Source: Nageia nagi
Lineage: Eukaryota > Plantae > Pinophyta
Assembly (NCBI GenBank): GCA_050084985.1
Contig: JBITNC010000001.1
Location: forward strand, 103,416,001 to 103,480,000
DNA length: 64,000 nucleotides
Reading direction: 5' to 3'
Program-made: the position numbers and the translations under genes
The notes under the pieces: generated by a model
What the model saw: the letters and a program-made list of their open reading frames with translations, nothing else
Database searches by the model: none
Told to the model about the DNA's origin: nothing
Part shown: positions 25,900-39,800 of the stretch, piece by piece
Numbering within the stretch: the stretch's first letter is position 1
Layout: each line of letters starts with the position of its first letter

Positions 25900-28800
25900 T
25901 GAATATATTTTGCTTGACCATGAAAAACACCTTCTTTGATTTGATGACATGATGTACTTCTATTCCAAGGAATTAATGCATAATTATGAAATCATTCATT
26001 TTAGATTCCCTTAACATGATTTATTAAATTCATCTCACAAATATGAAACTACATATAAATAAATATAAATAATATCATTAGCTTACATTTTGATGTAAAA
26101 GGTTGGATTTCATTTCCTTCTTTAAAATATATTTTTAATTAAGTATAAATCAATCCTCAAGTACAACTATTTCTATGCTTGTTTAAGACCATACAATACC
26201 TTCTTGAATTTGTATATCATGTTATTTTTTCCTTTTCTTTCAAATACTTATACTTGATCTTCTTGAATACAATTCATATCTAATTCATGTACTTTTCATC
26301 TATTATTTGTTTCTATAGCTAAAGGAAGTCATATGGTTCCATGCTTAGCAACTACTATAAATGTTTCTTCAAATCCACTCTATTTTTGAGAGTAACCTTT
26401 TGAAACTAGCCTTTCTTTGCACTTTTATATTAAACTATCATTCTTATTCTTGGTCTAGATCCCATTTTATACATACTATATCATTTTATTATACAAATAT
26501 ATGATTTTTCCATAAAAGTTATTTGTTCCATTGCTTTAACAAATTCTTTATTTATAAATGCTTCTTAAATTTTGATTAGTTACACATCAATTTTGGAAAG
26601 TAGGCAATAACTTATAATTCCATATTTATCAATATTAATATTTCTAAATTATTTTGCATGACTTCTTGTCTAATCTTGTAAAATTTATATATAGTGTTTT
26701 ATGTAGATAATAATATTTCAATAACTTGATATCTTGGCTTGTAGGAGTAATCCTTATCCTTGTGTGCATCTTTGGATACTTGTTCTTATAAATTCTTCAT
26801 CTTATTTAATGTTTTTAATGCTTTCTTTTTTCCTTTCTTTAAGAATATTTATATAGTATCCTTTTATAAAATATTATATCCCTTGACATGTCTTTTCCTT
26901 ATTGGTCTTTAGTTCTAAATATTTAAATACATTTATTTCATATTTATATACAAGAAAATATATAGGGTTCATTTTTAGAATCCAATTTCCTTCTTATTTT
27001 ATCATTTATATGTACATAAAGTAAATAACTAAAAATTATAAAGTCTTCAATACTTTTTTTAGTACCATTCCATGCTTCATAGGGTATCATATCCCTTATT
27101 ATAATAGAAGGACTCTTATTGATTATGCAGATATTTGGATAAATCTATTTATACTAAAACTAATTGCATAAGCCTTTTATCTTGATCATGATTATTGTCA
27201 TATTTTATTTATTGCTAATTATATTTTCTTAATTAGAAAAAAGGAAGGTTTTGGAAGGGACCCTTACCCTCTTAGAGAATGAACTATGTACATGGATTCT
27301 AACCAATGAGAGAGGTTAAATAATGATGCTAGTACATCATAATATTATTTAGAAAGAGGAAAGAGATAGTTTTTGAATCTACTAAGGAAAATAGTTATTC
27401 CCATAGTGGATAACGTGGTCATGCCTTCTACAAAACCCATCATTCATGCATTTTCATAGAAATAATTGAAGTAACCACTATTCCTTTGCTAGACTCAACC
27501 ATGAAAATAAGTAAAAAACTATGGAAATTGATATTGGACTGTTATGCACAAAATAAATATGTTTAAAATAACTATTTCTTAATAGGCATAGGATCAGATT
27601 GAGCTTTTAAGTCTCTCTATTGTATTAAGTGTAGTGAAGTGAAAGTGTACTATCTATCATTCTACCTTTCAATGGATTCTTTGAATACCTTGAATATAAG
27701 TGCCATGCAGTGTTCCTCTTCTAACACTTAGCCTAGATCATATTGTTGAATTGGATTTTCTATATTCACCAGTCCATTAACTATAGGAACATTGGGTTAT
27801 AGGTTACTCCTATTATTTCTAGTTTCCTCTAATTCTATTTGGATACCATTCTCCTCACCTGATGGTTTGGTTTCCTCTTGAATATCCTTCATGTTGTCGA
27901 TGATCTGCAAAAGAATAGAGCTATGATTTTTAGATTTATTATTAGAAATATGAATGTTCCATTCAATCCAAATGTTCCATAGGTATATGGGTAATAAATT
28001 CCTCCATATGCGATTCCATGTTGAATAAGGAGCTCTTCATTAGATCTACCAATCCTTTACTTTCTTTGGCCTTACCCAACCTACTCCTATTGATCTTAAC
28101 CAAATTTCCCATACCAAATTTGAGAAGGTGCATGACATAAATAAATGGTTGGTGGATTCTTCTCTCTCCATGCAAAATATACATCCATTGGGACCATTGA
28201 ATCTACATTTTTGTGGGTTATCCCATGTTAAATATTTTTTTAAGAAGACCATCTAGGTGAAGATATTCATTTTGGGAATACATTTATAACTTTGGATAGG
28301 TATTTACAAGGAACACTTTTAGCCTAGGTATTCATATTGGTTAAGTATCATGCTTTAATTATATAGGTTTTTCTTAGATCTCCCTTCCATTCTAATTTAT
28401 TAAGTTCCTCTAAAATTGAAGGGAATGTTCCTAATTTCAAGTGAAGTTGTTCTACTTCTAGATCAAGCATCCTATCTTATTTTATTCTCCTCCACTTGGT
28501 TATACCATTAGAGTATTTCATAATGTAATCCTTTAGGTGTATGCCACACTTTTCTTGCAACATATATTTGATTCCAAATTGATGATTGAAGAGTCCAATC
28601 TAGTTCCAATTATCTTCCTAGAATTTATTTTTTGACCCTCAACCTACTACCCACTAACATTCATTTTTAATCATTTCCATACCTTCTTATAAATGGGATC
28701 ATATTATTGAGCCTCATATTATGTTGTTTTAATTGAGAATCAATATTTGTGCTTTGTTTTTGAGGTATTTTTGTTTCAAAATTATCACTTAGAGTTCCTT

Positions 28801-30530
28801 CTTTTAATTGATTACTTTGTAGACAAGATTTGCAACCATAACTATGCTTATTTCTATGAGATTGTTTAAACCAATACCTGCATAGGATCTTGGTAAATAA
28901 AATATTTACCAATTGATAAGATGGATTATATTCCTTTCCTTTGTACTTCTACTTAAAAATTCCTAAAAATGGATTCCATTTTGTTTGTTGATTTTGTTGA
29001 AATATTAAATATGGATATCATGAAAATTGACATGCTTTGGAGAGTAGATTGAATGAGTTACAACTTACCAACCTAGAAAAGAAAATTAGTACCCCATGAT
29101 TCTATTTTTTGATGGAGTTTCTCAATCACCATATCCCATAGGTATGTTTTTGATTATCCTTTGAACAAAGGTATGCCTAGGTAAGATGATGGAAGGTTAT
29201 TACTATTACATCCTATGATGCATTTGATCATTTCCTTTCTCCTCTCTAAAGTATTCATAAAATAAATGCATATTTTCTCATAGTTGATAGATTGGGTAAA
29301 GGCTCATTCATATTTGTGTAAGACTATTTTTAAAGCTTTTACCCCACACTATTGAAGCTTTTTTGATTAGCAAGGTATCATTGGATATAAATTGTATGTG
29401 TGTAATATTGAGGATTATACTACTTGCTTAAAGGCATTCTGTCTAATTCACTATTTTACCATTTTTTATTACCTTTCTAAGTGCCTCTACCATAATTATA
29501 AATAGAGTAGGTGAGATTGGATCAACTTGTCTTAAGCCTCTTGAGCTACTAAAGTAGCCTTCTACTAATCTGTTGATTATAGTATGGAGAAGGAACATGT
29601 GGAGATTCAACTTAGAACCAACTATTTCCACCATATAGAGAAGCCTAATTTCACTAAAATCTTAACAAGAAACTCCCATGAAATTTTTTCATAAGCTTTA
29701 CTTATATCATGATTCTTTGTCATCTTAACCAATATCCTATTCTACCTTTTTACAATTCCATTTTAATTGTATATAGGCAATATTATATTAACTTCTAATA
29801 TAATGATAAGTAAAAAAAAATTCAATGATTATTAATTTATATTCATTAATTATATTAATTTTGAATGTCTTGAATATATACCTACCCTTTTTTCCACCAT
29901 ATTCTTGAATTTCTTGAAATTTTTAAAGGCTTCACTCTTTTCATAAATGAAATTCACTAATAACATTTTAGCATAATAATCATTGAAAGTGATAATATAA
30001 AATATGCCACTAAGGCTTGAAACATGCATTGGTACACATATGTCATAATAAACCATGTGGAATGGATAAGAGTTTCTAATTTATTGATTTAAACTTATGT
30101 CTATGGTGCTTTCCAATACCATAACCTCTACATACATTATTTAAAATATGTAAAAAAAATTAAATTTAGATCTCCATACCTTTGATGTCTTACTCATTAG
30201 TTATCTTAAATTAAAAAGAAAGATAAATATTCTCTCTTTCATTTTACTCAAAATATAGTTTTTCACATTCTATTGACCTTCAAGTACAAAATAATCAATG
30301 TTTGGTTTGTATCCATTTTATCCTGATCATAGATGACACATTTCTTAATGACAAAGAATTGGTAGTCTCTCTCTTATAATTGCCTAATATTGAACAAGTT
30401 ATATTTAAAATTGGATGTATAATAGTTATTTTTTTTGGTCATGTAAATTTGAATCTATTGCTTCTAAATTTTAAGATTACATGATATCAAAAATGATAGA
30501 ATAATTTTTTTCCATGCATCCAAAAAATAC
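25900..30530 (-). mobile_element. Highly degenerate Copia pol remnant interrupted by a LINE
   Basis: Integrase core VYYDICVPM...ITFND (29850-30056); integrase C-terminal PYEAWNG...RRKLDSK at about 26960-27100; RT RLVSKGYSQ at about 26390. Confidence 0.7.
27202..29705 (-). mobile_element. 5'-truncated L1-clade LINE (RT, zf-RVT, RNase H-like)
   Basis: DISKAY at about 29700; SSRGLRQVDPISP (29443-29634); zf-RVT CIFC...ESTNHLFMSC (28046-28252); T-rich tail on the + strand at about 27202-27230; degenerate ~17-bp TSD ATCATGATT(A/CT)TTGTCAT at 27185 and 29706. Confidence 0.85.
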
Positions 30531-30544
30531 AATCTTGTAATCCT

Positions 30545-33120
30545 ATGTACAATTATTTTGAGACAAGAGAACTTGCTCAAGAAACTTTGAAACATTATGG
30601 GTGAAGGCCTGAAAGAGTCATATCTAAGCTAAAAATGCCTCTCTAACTTAACTAAAACTATGTGAATGAGAGCTAACCAACCTTGGGCTATCCAAGGGAA
30701 TTAACATTGCCAGCATGAGGAAGCTACAAAACTATTTATATTGAAATTGCCACTAAAATATAATGACCTTAGCCTAGTTGGGTAAATCTAAGGCTAGCAT
30801 TCCATGTATAAATAAATGATTACCATGGTTTCAAGTTAGAGAATTATTCCCCCTCCTCTTGATTCATATTATGATGAGAAAACCAAATATTTCTAAGCTA
30901 GGTTCGTAACTTATTCCAACCTTCTTTGACAAAGCTTATTTTTTCTCTAAAATTTTGATTATTCCTTTCTAACCATAAGTCTAAGAGATTAGGGTTGGGG
31001 TGGCAAACTACACTATTAAAGGAGCTTTCTGATCCTTAGGATACCTCCAAGCTTTCAATAAATGACCTATGCTATTGGTAATAGTTTAAAAGAGATGAAA
31101 TTTATTTAGAAATTTGCTCCATATTGCTAATGAAAATGAATAGTGGAGAAGTATATGATACCCTATCTCTAAAAATTCATTTCATAGAGCACATTGGGTG
31201 ATTTTTGGTCATCCTTTCTTGAATAGTTATTCTCCAAAAAAGAATTTATTATGAACTGCTACCCATAAATAAAATTTTGCATTGGACCAAGCTTTAGAGC
31301 ACCACACTCTTCTCCAAACCATAAGGGACCAAGTATCCATAGGAGGTTAATTAAGGATTTTGTAAGTGTAGTGAATGGTGTATTACACTTTTGCATGAGG
31401 AATCCAAATGAGCTGATCCTCTTCATTTGGTTTTAATTAATACAATAACAACATGGATTCTAAAGCTTTACTTTATTTACTACAGGCTTGGGGAATGATG
31501 TTTAGGTTGCTCCATTTTAGAAATTGAGAACCATGGTGATCTTACTAGTCAATGTAATCATCCATGAATTTGACTTTCAAAACACTGATGTGGGCTTATA
31601 AATGATTGAATCAACCTATTGGATTCAAGGAAACATCCATCAACCATGTATATTTCCAAAAATACACTTTGTCTCCTTTCCCTACTAACCATTTTACTAG
31701 ATGCATCAATTGTAATATGGTCTTTCTTAGCTCGTTCTAGATCATGGAGCCAAAAGGAAGTTTCAAGGAAGTAAAGACTCTATGGGGGTAATCCTCATCT
31801 AGATATTTGGACCTAAAGGCTCAAATCCATCTAGGTTAGTGATCCTTATAGTAGCGCTAAAGGAGTTTACCAAGCAGGGCAAGGTTCATTATCTTGATGC
31901 TTAGCCCTCTTCATTTCAAATCAGAGCACATGGTTTATTAGGTGACTAAATGAGATTTGTTTCCTCTAAGTTACCATGCTAAAGAAAATTTTATCATTAG
32001 GAGCTCAATGTGCTTCTTGATTTTGGTTGGTATCCAAAGCATACCTAGCCAAAATACTAGTAGAGAAGCAAGTACTAAGTTAATTTTGACCAACCTTCTT
32101 GCTAAGGAAAACCATGTCCCTTTCCAACTAGCTAATTTATCCTTGAACTTGGATATTAATGAGTCCTAAAATTCTCCAATTTTGCCTCCAACAAACAAGG
32201 GAAGACCAAGATAAGTACTTGGTAGGGAATCAATGGTCATTCTAGTTAGTCTTGCAAGGTATTGGAGGAAGGAAGGATGCAAATTGATACCATATAATTT
32301 TGATTTTTCAAGATTTACTGTTTGATCAGATGTTGCCTTATAATAATTGAGCAATTTTTTGATCTGGTGAACTTCTTGGACTAAGGGTTGGACAATAAGG
32401 AGTGTGTTATCCACAAATTGAGAGTAGATGATTAGGGTAATTAAGTGATTAATATGCAATCCTTTAATGTGGCCAATGGCTTAAAGGTGGTTGAGACCTC
32501 TCCCTAATGCTTCCGCCATAATAATAAAAATATATGAAGAGAGTGGATCCCCTTGATGAAGGCCTCAGGAACTCTTAAAGTATCTTGGCTATTGCCATTA
32601 ATGAAAATTGTAAAGGAGAGGGATACAATTAAGCCTAAGCTCCAACTTATCCATTAGTTTTTAAAGCCAAACCTTTTCATGAAACCCAACAAGAAGTAGT
32701 AGTTCACTCTATCAAAATCTTTTTTCATATCAAGTTTGATGAGAAGCCTCTTTCTACCTAAGGATTGGAGGATTTTATGGATTAAAATTGGACCATCAAT
32801 GAGTTTTCTATTATTGATAAAGGCTTTTGCTCTTCTCAAATGATAGAGGGAAACACTTATTTTCAATGATTAGCTGCCACTTTTAATATGATTTTATAAA
32901 TCATGTTACAAAGCAATATAGGTATGAAGCCATCCACAGAATGTGCATCCTATTTGGAAGAAAATGATTCTTGGAAAACAACTATTGCCTCATCTATGAG
33001 AAGGAGCCAATATTTTTGATAAGAACTTGGGGGGAAGCCTTCTGGACTTGGGGTTTCGAAAGACTTCATCCAAAAAAAAGCCTTCTCAATCTCCTCTTCA
33101 ATGATTGAGGCAGCAAGAAT
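30545..33120 (-). mobile_element. Degenerate L1-clade LINE ORF2 fragment
   Basis: KLDMKKDFDRV (32654-32866); GLHQGDPLS at about 32550; SQFVDNTLL and YLGLPLF (32166-32459). Confidence 0.85.
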
Positions 33121-33727
33121 CCTAGATATATGATAGTTGTTGTAAATATGGATTTTCTTTTATGTTTTAGATACATCTATTCCCTTAATTTCTTTTATGT
33201 ATAAATCCTTATCATTCTTAGTCGAACTTCTTTTTTGTAATTTTTATCGATATATGTAAAAGCTTCTTTAAAAATAATCATATGATAATTTATACATACA
33301 CTATCAAGAAACTATTGATTGTACAATTCATTTTTTTTTTAATTATTAATTGATATCAATAATATACATTTATCATTTACAATACACAATTAAAATTATA
33401 ATCTAAATAAATTCTACAAACAAATATAACTAATTTCAATAAAATATGATATTAATGTTATATAAATCTAAATGTTAAAATATAATTTTTTTATCATACT
33501 AATTGACAAAATGGATTATTTCTTTTAATGAAAATCTAAATTCAAAACCTAATGTTCTCTCTAATTTAATGGCATTCTGTTGTTACATGACCAGAGGTAG
33601 ACATACTTTCAAATATAGTAAAAAAAAGTTAACAAGATAATAAAATGGTTGAAAAACACAGATAAGAACGTTTGAAATCAAACAAGCATCTGGTAGATTC
33701 AAATTTTCTGGAAAAAAAAAAACGCAA

Positions 33728-35825
33728 TCATTGTTGAGTTGCTGAGGTGAGGCCGGAAAAAAATCCCATCAGTCTCGCCTTGAGAGACATGACGGCCGAA
33801 TTCACAAGTGTCTCATCGTCCTTCAGAAACTCTCTATACAGTCTAAGGCAATACCTCTGCCTCTCTTCTGCCTCTTGTTTGCTCATCCTTCTCAGAATTG
33901 GCACAATTCTGTGCATCTGTTTTGTGGGAAATTGCAATATGCACCGATGCCATTGTATGAGAGTATCAAATGGCTTTACATAGTTATCAGCAATGAGCAC
34001 AGGAATTGTTCCTGCGCTTAGAATCTCTGTAAATCTGTATGAACTAGGCTGCCTTCCAGCAGGTGCCAACCCAAATGTAGAGTTCATTAGATCCACATAA
34101 TTGTACTCATCATAAATAGCTTCGTCCTCGGTGCAGTTTACCCCCAGATTGGGCTCCTTGTGCCTTACATAATTGTTGGTGGGATGTCTGCAAGAGAGCG
34201 CTATTATGATGTCTTTGCCGTTATGCATAGCTCTGAGAGAGGGATGGCTTCTGAAAGACCCTTCTACATCATCATGCCCCAAATACCTGAGTCCCCTGAA
34301 GGTAAGGAAATACTTTCTGTCAAAGGGTTTGAAGTTCTGAAAGTTTGTGAGCCGCATTTGAGGTGGGAGGGTAATGCTGATGTCGAAACCGGGGCGATAG
34401 ATTGTTTGGTGCATGTCGGTGATGAGAAGAGAAGCCATTCCTATGCTCTCCATGGGGAGCCTTGTGAGTGCCCATTTATCATGAAAGGAGACGAGCACAT
34501 GGTTCACTCCACCATTCCAGTGAGGTAGAGTGTGGAGAGGTGGAGGCGGTGGATCATGCCATGGGTCTGTGTCCACATACACCAAAAGCAGGCAGGCCTC
34601 GTGGGGATTCTTGGTGAACCATTTTGTTGTGTTCAGTTCCTGAAAATACCTGCAAACAAAGACCATCTTAGTCCAAAATATAGAAAAAATCTGCATCATA
34701 ATAGAGAATCAGGTCACATACCAACAAGATTGTCATAACAAAGAATAAAATTTTAAGGATCTTCTTTCACAGAGTTTGTTGGTTGAGTAGATCATGTTGT
34801 GATTCTATTTCATAGAATGTCCCATGTTCAAATCCCATCAAGAGTGATACAATGTACTCTCTACAGAACTGGATTTTAATAGAAAAATTTCTTTCTTTCT
34901 TTCTTGCAATATAATAAACTTTCAACTATTAATTCTATCAGCTGATAGAGGTTTTGATAAATGGTATGATGGTATAGCAGTTAGGACATTAAAAACTATT
35001 CTCACATTTAGATTTTTTTGGGTTGAACTACAATTTTACTCAAGCTAGTATGGCACCTTATTTTTGTTTTTGGATGCTGCTATCCTTCCTCCAAATTGAA
35101 TCATATACTTATAATAATGTTTATGCTCTAAATCTTAAACATTTATATCTCAAATCAATTAAAATCGATCAAATTGAACAAATTAAAATCAAAATCAACC
35201 AGATTCATGCACCATTACTAATCTCAATCTATTACATCAATTTTCAACCGATCCAAAGATCATAAAAGCTCAGGATATGTTCTTCTTAATTTAGAGGGTG
35301 ATAACCTACTCAATTACTTTCATGCAATAATCGACCTGCATCCCACCTGATCAAACACAACACAGGCCACAAATAACTATAGCCTTGTTTTCTCTCTGTA
35401 TAATTAATTGTTAGTTTCTGTGAAGACAAATCTTACCAGATCAAGGGAACATCTGGTCGATCATAACCGAAGATCTTGATGTCATCCATGTTTTCGCATC
35501 GTGAGTAGTTGAAACAGATATCCATCGAACACCGCGGAAACAATGCAGGATAATGCCAGACCATATTTTCTGCGTACCATGGGTCTTCTCTTTTGCATGG
35601 CTTCTCTATCACCTTTTCCTTCACTATAACTTGTGGTTCTGTAATATTAGAAAAGCTTCTATTACGTGATGTGCAGTAATCGTCGATGATGACCACTTTC
35701 TGGAAAGATTTTATAACGGACGGTCGGTTGTGGGTGAAGAATATGACCTCCAAACTGAAAATGCTAATTATGACGAGAATGATAAAGGTCGTGAAAAGGA
35801 AACTGTTTCTGTCTGCATTAGACAT
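33728..35825 (-). CDS. EXT1-like GT47 (exostosin family) type II membrane glycosyltransferase, copy A; exons 35825-35437 and 34649-33728 (436 aa; an upstream in-frame ATG at 35855 would add 10 aa)
   Basis: N-terminal TM helix; CSMDICFNYSRC, WNGGVNH, RPGFDIS, KYFLTFRGLRY, STFGLAPAG..SYRF.E.L.AG.IPV and PFD.LIQW exostosin motifs. GT-AG phase-2 intron 35436-34650 at the same position as in copy B. CpGs retained. Confidence 0.92.
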
Positions 35826-36799
35826 TATCACAGCTTGTTCAATCACTATGTTCATTCAAATACGAAGGAAAAGTACTTCTTACATCATACCAACAAGGGG
35901 CTGTCGAGAGTATGAGCAATTAGGAATTTAATATTACCTTCGGATTCACATTTAGAAAAACAACTGATGCTTCAACATTGCCAGCAATTTCCAACGATTT
36001 GGACGGTGCACGAGTCCCCATTTTCAAGTTCCTACTTCTTTTGTAATTAAAAGACATGCCGCGACGTGCAGACGTCCAGAGATTCTGAGAATTGTGCATA
36101 ACATGTCGATTCCTTCACATTATTCAAATCTTTAGTTTTTCATCGTGCTTTGAATGATATGAAATACCTACTACGCACAAAGTGGAGCTGGAGATTCGAA
36201 ATGAAAGGGATAAGGGTTACATATGTTTATGTAGTATAAAGTTTAAAACGATCATAAAAATATCATAATAAATTGCATGTCTCATTAACCATATATTAAA
36301 CTATAACCATTAAATCATTAGACGTCAATTTGGAATAGATTAATCATCATGGATGAGTAGCTCCCATCCTTTATAGTTAGTGGGGATATAGGCTTCATTT
36401 CTCTACACAACTCAACTATTGAAATCAAGGTGTCAAGCGACATGAACTAGAGGATATCATTACTTGGTTGAGGAATCATCACAAAAGGATACAAGACTTT
36501 GCTTAGTATATTCTATAGATCGATGGTGGAGAGATATGTGGCACAACAGTGAGCATGACTAGGTCATCATGTTTATACCTTTTCCTCAACCTTAGATCAA
36601 TGGCTCAGCACGGGGGGGGGGGGGGCTATGGGTAGGGCGAGCCATCTTTGGAGGTACCCTACTAATTGTGCACAAAGCATTTTCTCAATACTAAACAAGG
36701 GTCTCCCAGCAGATCACTTCCATAGATACATATATAGATTTGCAACAACACATAAAAGATAATTCAAAATTACTCTAATAAAAAAAAGTGTATGTGGAT

Positions 36800-39700
36800 T
36801 ATTAAAAAAATAACATTATTTTTGCCTTTCAATAACAGAAATAGAATTACCACACACAAATCCATCCTTAGTTTTATCTAGGAGGGAGGTAGAGGTATGA
36901 GGTATCCTAAAAGGGTTTGTCACAAAATAATAATGTAGGTTGGGACAAAGAAGAAAATAGATGGATCTAATGGGAGGCATATTACGCTTTTGTAAAAGCC
37001 CAAAAGATATGGACAAAATCTTCTAGGAGTTACCAATGGGGCAATAATGGATTAGGCATGCATAGATATTGGAGTTAGGAGCCTATGGGAATACCTTGAA
37101 ATAAAAGGTTCCATGCAAAGGATTCCTATTTGGGTGCTAAAAAAATCTTTTTGATTTCTTCATACATTTTTTTTATCTCATTAGAGGTAAGGTAGAATTT
37201 AGCCTATAATACTTCCTAGGGGAGCAAATACTTGATCTATTTATAATTGAGGTCTATTACCTAGTGAATGCATTGATGATAAAATTTATGGGCATGGATC
37301 CATAAGACCTCAACAAGTAGAAAATCCTAGATGGTTAAAATTAGAGACCATAATGGACATAGGAGGTTAATGGAGTGTCCCTTATAGGCCTTACAAGGAT
37401 TACCACTAGCCCACTTTAGCTAGGACTTAAGTACTTCCCAAGAATTTCGTATGCTTTTTACTATAAAAGAGTAAGAAATTTTGATGAGAACAAGAGCCAA
37501 CAATAGGGAGGGTATCCCTTTCCAAATATCATAAGCATGACATAGGTTAGAGGAAATGTAATGAAAAATAAGTATTTTCCAAGCTTCATCCCCTTTCAAT
37601 TCTCTCACAATCTATTTAACACATAAAGTGATTCCTTTTTTGTAATGATCCACTAGACCAAGGTGTCTTAAATATTTATGGAGGTAATAAAATTCCTAAG
37701 ATAATATATGAAAGTTAGAGGAAGAGAAGTCTAACTTATCTCATAGAAAATCCTTGAGGAGCTTGTCCAATAATTTATAGCATGTTATGCATAGAAGCTA
37801 AAACCTTAGAAAAGACTTAGAATTTTCCTACCAAGGAGAGTTTTTGGAAGATCAATGAGAAATTTTAGCTTTAAATCAGGAGAGCAAATGCTTTCACATC
37901 TCTAATGGAGAGATCAAAAAAGTAAAAAAAGATGTAGAGGAATTTGAATCTTCACTTAGTTCTATCCATTATCATTGATATTATGATCTAGCTTGTAATG
38001 ATATAACACAAGAGCTTATCTAAAGTACATAATATTACATCATTAAATACTAGAGCCTAACACAAGATATAAAATATACAATAACAACATATCTTGTATG
38101 AGAGATTCCTCATCCTCATTAATATTGAGGAAGGATTCATTGAAAAAAAATCAATTGATAAGTTAGATTATGTTATAGGCAAGGAATGCTTCTCTAATGA
38201 GCCTTTGTATATTCCTATTAGCAAGAAGGTAAGTAAAACCCTTTGCAACCAAAATGTATAATAATAGGGCCAAGGGACATCCTTGATAGATGGATCTGAA
38301 GAAGTCAATTTCTTATACTTAAATGTTGTTAAAAAAATTGAAGCATAAATAATATTGTATTAACTATTAATTAAAATTCTCTCTAAATCCTAATATATTT
38401 GAGCATGGTAATGTTGAAGTGCCATTGAATCCTATAATATGCCTTAGCATAATCAATTTTGATGACTTGAGGGTTAATTAATTCATGTCGCATAACTACT
38501 CCCTGACTTCCCATATGAATAATACATTATCTAGGATGTACAAACCCTGGATGAAACCTATTTTCTTTTCTTAGATAATAATTGGATGAAGCAATAAAAT
38601 ATATATTGCTATCATGATTTCTAGGAGATATTTAATAAAGTTATATGATATTAATTATTACTGAGCTTCACATCTCTTGACATTAGAATAAATCTAATAT
38701 TACATTAAATAATAATTGGGTTTAAAGAGTTATTCCCTATGGCCTCTAGATATACATGAAGGAGTTTTGATGTAATAGTATCACCTAATAATTTATAGAA
38801 TTTGTATATGAAACCATCAAGTTCTAGAGCTTTATCATTGGCCATATTCCGTAAGATTACAAAAATATCATCTAGAAGATTAAACATCTAAATGTTTGTA
38901 GGGAACCACTACTATACAATTTTGTAATATTTATTCTCTTTTAAAGAGAGGGATTAAAAGGAAAATAGTTATTTTTTGTGAGATACAAAAGCCTACACTA
39001 TCTCTAGGGTGGATGTTAGATGATTATCCCTATCTTGAATGGATTCAATGCTTGTCACTTGATTACAAGGCAAGGTATAAAGAAAGAATTCTTTTGTCAC
39101 CCTCTTTCAAATCTTAAGCTAATGGACCTTGAATTTAAAAAAGGAAACTCTCACTTCATAGAATAGACAAAGAATAAATTGATGACTAATTTGAGTCGAG
39201 TACATCTACTAAAAGTAATTAGATGGATGTTCTTCTAGCCTAAGGGAGGTTAAGGAGAGCTCCTTTTGCAAATCTACATTGGTATATGGATTGGTTCCAC
39301 TAATCAATCCATCATGTGGTTCTAGTGGGCCTATGAATAAGGTTCAAAATATATTGTATATAGAGTTTCATAGTGGGATGGTGGAGGAAGGAGGTATTAT
39401 GTTATAAAGAGATCTTGAAATGAAAAAACAAGCATCATATTAATAGATCATGAAAAGGATGGGTGAATGATTCAATAAGGCCATATAAAAAATAATAGGA
39501 ATGAAAGTGTTGATGATGTCATGACATATAAAGGAGAATATAGATTAACTTAATAACATTGCATTACCAATATAATCTTTTTAGAATTCTATAGATTCAA
39601 TATTAGACTAACTAAATTAGATCTTATTAATAAAGGGAATAGGTAAAAATAAAGAGTTATGTTCTAATACTTTGAGCTTAACTCTTCGTGAAATACTAGG

Positions 39701-39800
39701 TAAATCACTCCCATAGTCCACCATGATATGGGAATGTGTTTCACTTTATTAACTTAGTATTACACCATATTGAACTAACCATAGAGAATCCAAGTTTCTA
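36800..39800 (-). mobile_element. Very degenerate LINE
   Basis: MANDKALELDGF (38705-38887), KIDYAKAY at about 38450, and a possible endonuclease W..GSDF at about 39710. Boundaries approximate. Confidence 0.65.

Noticed and set aside
34390-34455. Near-identical nucleotide patch between the GT47 paralogues as evidence of gene conversion
   Set aside because: Short and within a fully conserved peptide; cannot be separated from purifying selection without a formal test such as GENECONV.
33747-34738. Plus-strand ORFs overlapping GT47 copy A (and 48240-48713 over copy B)
   Set aside because: Antisense shadows of GC-richer coding sequence; not preserved as the same ORFs between paralogues.
36612-36625. 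G14 tract as a G-quadruplex element
   Set aside because: Isolated homopolymer in repeat-like DNA; its length is unreliable and there is no supporting context.
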